Below, piece by piece: positions 57,715-64,000 of a stretch of DNA of 64,000 nt (position 1 is the first letter of the stretch; every line of letters starts with the position of its first letter). Source of the DNA: a phage. A program made the position numbers and the translations under genes. The stretch lies in NCBI GenBank assembly GCA_019566135.1, contig GCA_019566135.1_3044.1; one strand, written 5' to 3'. A model generated the notes under the pieces. The model did no database searches. It was not told where the DNA came from and was given only the letters and a program-made list of their open reading frames with translations.

Positions 57715-60411
57715 TCAGCCAAACAGGAAGTCTAACGAAGCTTTTTCCTCATAGTCCATACCTGCCGATTCACACATACCCGCAAGTGGTTTAACAAACG
57801 ATTTTTGGAACAAAGTTGAGTAGTCAATCCAAGACAGTACGTCAGAACGAATTTCTTTTGGAAGTTCTGTGCCTGATGGCCAAGCAATGCACTTGTCACC
57901 AAATGGATTTCCTTCACGTAATGGAAGAACCATTACCTTATTTCCATCCAAAATTGGAGCTACACCTAAACCGCTAACAGCTCGACGATAAGTTAGCACA
58001 CCACGAATATGGAACGGACATTTAAATCCTGGCCAACCTTTATCATCATATTTCGCTATATCGTTCGCAGTTTTTACTTCAGCAATAACTTTATAGTCAA
58101 GTTGACGATATTCTTTCTCAAAGTTCTTGTAGTATTCTTGGACAGACTCTTCGCCTTCCTGAAGAATACGACGAATACTTTCTTCGAGAGCTTCTTGTAC
58201 TGCTTTTGGTGTTGAACTCTGTTGAGTTTCCATACCCATAATTTTTAGATGCGGTTCGGCAAATCGCTTATCTTCCATATCATAAACGTTCAGAGCATAA
58301 CGCTTTTTCGCTTTCCAAAATCCACCGACACCCTTTGAACCAAGCGGAGGGCAAGAAATAGCTTCACGGTCCATATGCATCAGATGCTCGCGGTTATTCA
58401 TATAATCACATAACTCACGATATGCAACATCAATCATCGGTTCCATTTTTTTCTTACCGAACTGATTCATGAATTCAACTAAATCGTTCTGCTCTTTGAA
58501 TCGGTCAAGACCAACTTTTTCAATAACTTTATCTACACAAACATATACCGAATCAGTATCACCTGCTGCAATGAAATCTTCGCCATTAGTTCCGCATACT
58601 TTATTCAGATATTCATTAATTTTACGAGCAATCCACTGAATACCAACTTGGCCGAAAATTGTGATAGCAGTAGCATTTCGCAAATCATAGTAACGGAAAT
58701 GAATATTACCAAGAGCACCATAAAGACTGTTAATAAGAATTTTACGGTTCAGCTGATTTGTGTTAGCAAGTGTAGCTGCTTTTTCACATTCTTCGATCAG
58801 ACTATTAAGAACAGATTCGGTGTAATTCGATAATTCGTTTAAGAAATCATCACTGAACTTAACATATCGTTCAACTTCTGGTTTAGTTGAGCAAGACCCT
58901 GCGCCTTTCATAATAATCTTTTTAATAGCTTCGGCATTCATTTCTTCCGCGAACATTTTCTTTTTCCAATCTTTACGCTGGAAAAATACTTTAGCGATTT
59001 CCTTTGGAATGATACCTTCTTGGTGCTTATCATACATCCATCCATTCGGAGAGCAAGAATATTCATCACTTGGCTTAGGAGCTGTTCCTGCGATATATTC
59101 ATGAATTGGATGAACTTTAAACTGCCCGCGAATAGTCTCAGGACTAATGTTAACCTGACGAATAATGCTAGGATACAGAGACGTCAAGTCAAAACTCATA
59201 ATGTATCGACGAGCAATCGGTTTAGGTTCAAACACAAATGCACCTGGAAAACTCTGTTTAACGTGCGAACCTTGTTGAGGAATAACCTTATGTTCACCTT
59301 TCAGTGAGTTAAAAATAATAGCATCCCAAGTTTTAATAGGACTCATTACACCAGAAAAAGGCATTTTAGCGTAATAAGACATACTTAAAACTAGATCGAT
59401 AAACCCACGAATTTTATCAATTGCTTGAACTGATTCTACGTCAATGATGTTATAACTAATGTATCTCTGATGATTAGTCTCACGAAGTTTATTAATAGGA
59501 CCATCGTACGGCAATTTACCTTTTTTGGTTTCATGTTGAGCAACTGATTCCAAAGAGAACGATGGCAAATTAGTAAATGCGAACTTCTTGTACAAATCTA
59601 AATAATCAAGAATAGATACGCCATCAATAGAATAAATTTCTTTGCTACCGTACATATTTTGAATTAGTTTAGATTTTACTCGACCGATTGGAGAGAAGCG
59701 TTTCATACTACGTTCACCGAGAACCATTTTAACACGATTCATGATATACGGAACGTCAAATCCCTCAATATTCCAACCAGTAAAAATAGCAGGTCGTTTC
59801 TGTTCCCAGAGATTAATATATTCCATGAGCATATCACGCTCATTATCGAATGGCATATAAATTACTCGGTCAAGAATTTCTTGAGGAACTTCATCACCAC
59901 CTTCACAGTCAAGCTTAGCAGCTAACTTTGCATCCCATTTTGATACTGAACCATACATTGAATTCAACAAATCAAAGACGTAAAAACGGTCATCAATTGA
60001 ATCATAATGAGTGATAGCATCAATTTCATATTCTGCTTTCATTGGGTCAGGAAATTTATCACCAGTAACCTCAATGTCACAGTTAGCTACACGAACAAAT
60101 TTTCGGTCATAAACAATTTCTGAACCATATGTATCACTGATATAAGCGAGTTTAAAATCGTTCATACCGAGAGCTTCGAGACCAATGTCTTCCATTCGCT
60201 TCATCCAGTCTCGTGCATCTTTCATTGATGGAAATTTTTGAGGAGCGCAGTTTTTACCATAAATGTCTTTGTATTTTGACTCTTCCTTACAATGTCTAAA
60301 CATAGTCGGAAGATATTCTACTTCACGAGTACGTTCCTTTCCATTTTCATCAATATAACGCTCAACAATGTTATTTCCGACTGTTTCGATAGAGATATAA
60401 AATTCTTTCAT
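57715..60411 (-). CDS. 43: DNA polymerase gp43
   Basis: 898 aa (same as T4 gp43); B-family exonuclease and polymerase motifs. Confidence 0.95.
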   Translation of the reverse strand: MKEFYISIETVGNNIVERYIDENGKERTREVEYLPTMFRHCKEESKYKDIYGKNCAPQKFPSMKDARDWMKRMEDIGLEALGMNDFKLAYISDTYGSEIVYDRKFVRVANCDIEVTGDKFPDPMKAEYEIDAITHYDSIDDRFYVFDLLNSMYGSVSKWDAKLAAKLDCEGGDEVPQEILDRVIYMPFDNERDMLMEYINLWEQKRPAIFTGWNIEGFDVPYIMNRVKMVLGERSMKRFSPIGRVKSKLIQNMYGSKEIYSIDGVSILDYLDLYKKFAFTNLPSFSLESVAQHETKKGKLPYDGPINKLRETNHQRYISYNIIDVESVQAIDKIRGFIDLVLSMSYYAKMPFSGVMSPIKTWDAIIFNSLKGEHKVIPQQGSHVKQSFPGAFVFEPKPIARRYIMSFDLTSLYPSIIRQVNISPETIRGQFKVHPIHEYIAGTAPKPSDEYSCSPNGWMYDKHQEGIIPKEIAKVFFQRKDWKKKMFAEEMNAEAIKKIIMKGAGSCSTKPEVERYVKFSDDFLNELSNYTESVLNSLIEECEKAATLANTNQLNRKILINSLYGALGNIHFRYYDLRNATAITIFGQVGIQWIARKINEYLNKVCGTNGEDFIAAGDTDSVYVCVDKVIEKVGLDRFKEQNDLVEFMNQFGKKKMEPMIDVAYRELCDYMNNREHLMHMDREAISCPPLGSKGVGGFWKAKKRYALNVYDMEDKRFAEPHLKIMGMETQQSSTPKAVQEALEESIRRILQEGEESVQEYYKNFEKEYRQLDYKVIAEVKTANDIAKYDDKGWPGFKCPFHIRGVLTYRRAVSGLGVAPILDGNKVMVLPLREGNPFGDKCIAWPSGTELPKEIRSDVLSWIDYSTLFQKSFVKPLAGMCESAGMDYEEKASLDFLFG

Positions 60412-60450
60412 AGATATTCCTTAGTTTATAGCCCGAGTTATTAGGCTCTT
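60412..60450 (-). promoter_or_regulatory. Probable gp43 translational operator (short hairpin with UAAUAACUC loop next to the SD)
   Basis: Leader AAGAGCCUAAUAACUCGGGCUAUAAACUAAGGAAUAUCUAUG resembles the T4 gene 43 operator as I recall it. Confidence 0.45.
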
Positions 60451-60469
60451 GATATATTATACTCCAAAT

Positions 60470-60487
60470 AAGGGGCCGAAGCCCCTT
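60470..60487 (-). other. Stem-loop AAGGGGC-UUCG-GCCCCUU after the stop of the 77-aa ORF
   Basis: 7-bp perfect stem; a TATAAT (60461..60456) follows. Confidence 0.55.
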
Positions 60488-60489
60488 GC

Positions 60490-60723
60490 TTAAATTAATA
60501 CCAGTTGTCGGTGAAAAATTGTTAATCCATCTGCATTAATTGACTTAACCACTGCGGTAAAGTGTTTTTGTTCTGGGTGAACTAATTTTTGAAATTCTAC
60601 CTGAAATTTTAGTTGGAGGTTTTCTGGTAAATCAAAAAGTGTTTCTGTTGCAGAAAGATTATATTTTTCTTTAAGAGACGCCATGTATTCTTGCGGAGTT
60701 ATAGCAGTCATATTAATTACCAA
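60490..60723 (-). CDS. Hypothetical protein (77 aa) between regA and 43
   Basis: ORF overlapping the regA 3' end. Confidence 0.5.
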   Translation of the reverse strand: MVINMTAITPQEYMASLKEKYNLSATETLFDLPENLQLKFQVEFQKLVHPEQKHFTAVVKSINADGLTIFHRQLVLI

Positions 60724-61081
60724 TCGTATATTTAGGAACGAGTTTCCATTCGTGTTTTTGTTTAAAAGAAATAACTCGGAAGTTATTAGTTAAATCTTTC
60801 ATAAAAGTTCTTTGACCAGGAACGATTTCAATCAATCCCCAATCTTCTAACAGCCACGCAATCGAATCACGACGAACTTCATCTTCTTCTGTCATTTCAA
60901 CCTGACGGCCATCCATACGAAGCATTTCTTTAAAATGAACGATATAGTATAGTCCTTTTTTCTGAAGAATGTGGCAGGACTGATATAGAACTTTATCTTT
61001 ATTATTAGCAATTCCCATACGAGTCAAAGTTTCTTTTACTTTCAGAAAATCTTCAGGTTTTTTAAGAGTAATTTCAATCAT
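60713..61081 (-). CDS. regA: Translational repressor RegA
   Basis: 122 aa (same as T4 RegA); MIEITLKKPEDFLKVKETLTRMGIANNKDKVLYQSCHILQKKG... Confidence 0.92.
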   Translation of the reverse strand: MIEITLKKPEDFLKVKETLTRMGIANNKDKVLYQSCHILQKKGLYYIVHFKEMLRMDGRQVEMTEEDEVRRDSIAWLLEDWGLIEIVPGQRTFMKDLTNNFRVISFKQKHEWKLVPKYTIGN

Positions 61082-61082
61082 T

Positions 61083-61646
61083 TTACCATTCCAATGCTAG
61101 TTTTTTGAGTTGTTTCTGTTCTTTTACATTCTTAGTCACTTCTTTCAAAAAATCATCCGTGACTAAACCTTTTAGTTCTTTTAATACTAAAGGAAGTTTT
61201 CCATTTTTAGCAAGAATTGATTTATAGTTAATTGCATCATTTGTATTAACTTGATACCGCTTAGCAAGTAACTTAATAATCAATACTTCAGTAGAATCTT
61301 CGACCAGTTTTGCCCATTTACCATATCTTTTACCCCGAGGAACAGCAGCCATCAGATAATTAAAATGGGCTTCATCGCTTAAACCTGATCCAATTAAATT
61401 CATCGCATATACAGCTGGCATGCATTCAGGAAATTGTGATAATGCATTCTCAACCATGAATTTTGAATAATCTTTTTGAGCAATAGAGCATTTAGTTTTA
61501 TTATTGATAGCTCCAATTATTTCAAAAAATTCATTTTCAGCTTTTTCTTTAAAAGAATCAGCAGCGGATTGGACAGCAGTCCAATCTTTTGAATACCAAG
61601 CAACTTGATGCTCGTTTAATTGAATATCATCTTCAAATAAGCTCAT
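61083..61646 (-). CDS. 62: Clamp loader small subunit gp62 (187 aa from ATG 61646)
   Basis: [22 protein letters not shown]...; ATG just after the gene 44 stop. Confidence 0.9.
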   Translation of the reverse strand: MSLFEDDIQLNEHQVAWYSKDWTAVQSAADSFKEKAENEFFEIIGAINNKTKCSIAQKDYSKFMVENALSQFPECMPAVYAMNLIGSGLSDEAHFNYLMAAVPRGKRYGKWAKLVEDSTEVLIIKLLAKRYQVNTNDAINYKSILAKNGKLPLVLKELKGLVTDDFLKEVTKNVKEQKQLKKLALEW

Positions 61647-61647
61647 A

Positions 61648-62607
61648 TCACTTCCACTGCATTTCACATGCTAACTGAATGAAAAGATAAGCTAGATGCA
61701 ATTCAGTATTAGCTGCAATACCATGATACTGATTATTTTCGCCGACAATTTCGTACATACGAATAATACTTTGTGGAGTTACACGTGAATAGATTTCTTC
61801 GGCAAGTTTACCCACGAACCACGAATAATCAGCTGCATATTTTGGTGCTAAAGCTCTGAGTTGTTTAACATCTTTATTTTTGAGAGACTCAAGAACATCA
61901 TCAATAGCACCACGATCGTTAGTAACCAGTGATAAAATACCAGCATCCAAAACACCTTTAGATGAATAACTATCGAGCTCGCCAATAGTTTTACGAAAAT
62001 CAGGAAAATTCTTTTTAACCAAAGCTGCTACAACTTTCATATCAGCTATAGCAATTCCTTCATGCTTGCAGATTTCAGTCAATCGACGAATCATCTGCTT
62101 CATCATTTCAATTTTATCTTCATCGGTCGGTTGACCGAATGTAATAACTCGGCAGCGTGACTGAAGCGGTTTAATAATACCATCAATATTGTTAGCAGTA
62201 ATAATAATACTACAGTTTGAACTATAAGCTTCCATAAAGGAACGAAGATGTCGCTGAGACTCTGCTAACCCTGAGCGGTCAAATTCATCAATAACGATTA
62301 CTTTTTGACGACCATCAAATGAAGCTGCACTGGCAAAATTAGTCAAAGGACCACGAACGAAATCAATTTTACAATCTGACCCATTCACAAACATCATATC
62401 AGCATTTACATCATGACACAATGCTTTTGCTACAGTTGTTTTACCTGTTCCTGGAGAAGGAGAATGAAGAATAATATGTGGAATCTTACCTTTACTTGTA
62501 ATAGATTTAAAGGTTTCTTTATCAAAGGCGGGAAGAATACATTCATCGATAGTAGATGGACGATATTTCTGTTCAAGAATGTGTTCTTTTTCATTTACGG
62601 TAATCAT
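61648..62607 (-). CDS. 44: Clamp loader large subunit gp44 (AAA+), 319 aa from ATG 62607
   Basis: Walker [11 protein letters not shown]; GAGGA SD before ATG 62607. Confidence 0.93.
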
Positions 62608-62639
62608 AATTTCCTCATTCAAGTTTTAGTGTAAATTAT

Positions 62640-62657
62640 AAAGGGCCGAAGCCCTTT
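62640..62657 (-). other. Stem-loop AAAGGGC-UUCG-GCCCUUU between genes 45 and 44
   Basis: Same AAGGGCUUCGGCCCUU core as the hairpins at 30641 and 30873. Confidence 0.55.
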
Positions 62658-62658
62658 A

Positions 62659-63345
62659 TTAAAAATCGTGGGTAGAATCAGCTTCAAGAGCTACTACATA
62701 ATTTGCGTGTTCACCTTCAAATTTAGCAGCACCTTGTTTACCTTTTGCCCAGAGTAGAAGTTTATAATTTCCTGGTTGCATTTTCATATTTGCCATATTG
62801 ATAATGAAATTAAATGTATTTTCACCATCATAATCACCGAGAGTCAAAGAATATTTAACACGGGTCAGAGCAGAATCTTCTACTTTATTAAAACCGTTAA
62901 TTACGATTTTACCTTCTTTTACTGTGATAGCAATTGTATCAATTTGCAGACCACGAGATACACGTAACAGTTGTTGAAGGTCTTCAGCTTTAATTTCAGT
63001 AACAACAGATGCTACCGGGAATGGAATTGGTTTATTAGGAGCAACTACTGTACTCGGATCGGCTGCTGGCCAAAAAATTGTTGAGCGAGCATCAGCAATT
63101 TTAATATTTCCATCTTCTGACTGGGAAATTTCTGCATCATCATTAACTAGAGACAGAATACCGAGAAAACCGTTCAAATCGTAAATTGCTACATCAAAAT
63201 CAATAACGTCAGAAATATTTGCTTCCGCATAAGTTGTACCATTAACTGCGCGAGTCATAATAAATTGACCGGATTTAAGCATAATACCGGAGTTAATAGT
63301 AGCGAAATTTTTAAGCAGAGCAGTAGTATCTTTAGACAGTTTCAT
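62659..63345 (-). CDS. 45: Sliding clamp gp45
   Basis: 228 aa (same as T4 gp45). Confidence 0.93.
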   Translation of the reverse strand: MKLSKDTTALLKNFATINSGIMLKSGQFIMTRAVNGTTYAEANISDVIDFDVAIYDLNGFLGILSLVNDDAEISQSEDGNIKIADARSTIFWPAADPSTVVAPNKPIPFPVASVVTEIKAEDLQQLLRVSRGLQIDTIAITVKEGKIVINGFNKVEDSALTRVKYSLTLGDYDGENTFNFIINMANMKMQPGNYKLLLWAKGKQGAAKFEGEHANYVVALEADSTHDF

Positions 63346-63400
63346 GTAATTTCCTTCAATTCAAATGAGATTTAATTTTATAACTAATTTGATAAAGCAA

Positions 63401-63790
63401 TTAACGATTAAAATCAGCCGCAATTGTTTCCGCAACAATTTGAGCAGCAACAATTAGACGTTCATCTGCATTACCACAATAATCATCTTCAAGGCGTTCA
63501 CCACATGAAGTCATAATAAATTTAGCACCGGCGTTTAGGGATTCTGTAGTATGTTTGCGCATTAGTTCAATCCATTTATTACTTACTTCACGATCGATAG
63601 CTTCATAATACGCATGACGAGCAGGTGCAGATTTAATTTTGTTCTGAATAACTTCCATTGCGTTATCAGAAAGAGACAAAACCCATGCGCGACGAATTTT
63701 ATTTTGGTTTTGCGGATTTGAGTCAGAACGCACGTGTTTTGGCTGAATATCTTTTACATCAACAGTATAATTCACAGTAATTTTAGTCAT
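63401..63790 (-). CDS. rpbA: RNA polymerase binding protein RpbA
   Basis: 129 aa; position upstream of gene 45. Confidence 0.75.
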   Translation of the reverse strand: MTKITVNYTVDVKDIQPKHVRSDSNPQNQNKIRRAWVLSLSDNAMEVIQNKIKSAPARHAYYEAIDREVSNKWIELMRKHTTESLNAGAKFIMTSCGERLEDDYCGNADERLIVAAQIVAETIAADFNR

Positions 63791-63799
63791 AATACACCT

Positions 63800-63988
63800 T
63801 TAGTCATAATAATCAGTAACAGTCCAAGCTTCATTTCTATTGGACATTATTTTTGTATATTCTGCTTTAAATGCATTCCTAAGCATAGATTCAGTAACTA
63901 TATGCTCTTCATTAGAAAAATTATTTCTCAGAATATATCGTTTTATTTCAGGAAAAGTTAATAAATGCTGTCCAGTTGAATATTCCAT
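63800..63988 (-). CDS. Hypothetical protein (62 aa; 45.2-like position)
   Basis: ORF with GGAGGA SD at the window edge. Confidence 0.5.
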   Translation of the reverse strand: MEYSTGQHLLTFPEIKRYILRNNFSNEEHIVTESMLRNAFKAEYTKIMSNRNEAWTVTDYYD

Positions 63989-64000
63989 GTTTTTCCTCCA

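Noticed and set aside
57533-57722. Long N-terminal extensions in the track such as ...[16 protein letters not shown] (also at 29958..30057, 29451..29586, 8296..8359, 7312..7402)
   Set aside because: These translate the conserved early-promoter DNA and start at TTG or GTG; the real ATG with an SD lies downstream of the promoter.

Overview
This window is a contiguous piece of a T-even (T4-like, T2/T6-type) myophage genome, AT-rich and almost gap-free in coding. Nearly all early and middle genes lie on the minus strand. In T4 map terms it runs from the start of gene 63 (RNA ligase, partial at position 1), through denA, nrdB, nrdA, td, frd, 32, 59, 33, dsbA and rnh, then the plus-strand late block 34-35-36-37-38-t, then back on the minus strand asiA, arn, motA, 52, ac, stp, ndd, denB, rIIB, rIIA (the T4 map origin), 39, goF, cef, dexA, dda, srd, modA, modB, soc, 56, 61, sp, dmd, 41, 40, uvsX, 42, imm, 43, regA, 62, 44, 45 and rpbA. 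Gene identities come from reading the translated ORFs against remembered T4 protein sequences and lengths; no database search was run. Compared with T4 as I recall it, this phage lacks the nrdB and td introns, mobE between nrdA and nrdB, the gene 60/mobA split of the topoisomerase large subunit, and segF; the only freestanding homing-endonuclease-like gene is a GIY-YIG ORF between 32 and 59. The tail-fibre tip is T2-type: a long gp37 with a C-terminal chaperone-like domain and a glycine-rich gp38 adhesin. The early regions carry repeated terminator plus early-promoter cassettes (-35 GTTTAC, 18-nt spacer, -10 TACTAT or TATAAT), which have been described as PeSL elements in T4-type phages, and many identical UUCG/CGAA tetraloop hairpins. 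I did not find one clearly novel multi-gene system. The best candidates for something undescribed are a 115-aa ORF inserted at the frd/td junction, a plus-strand membrane ORF between genes 56 and 61, two tandem paralogs bounded by 49-bp junction repeats next to gene 61, a three-gene array sharing one C-terminal domain, and dense clusters of tiny hydrophobic peptides that the ORF track (60 aa cutoff) does not show.
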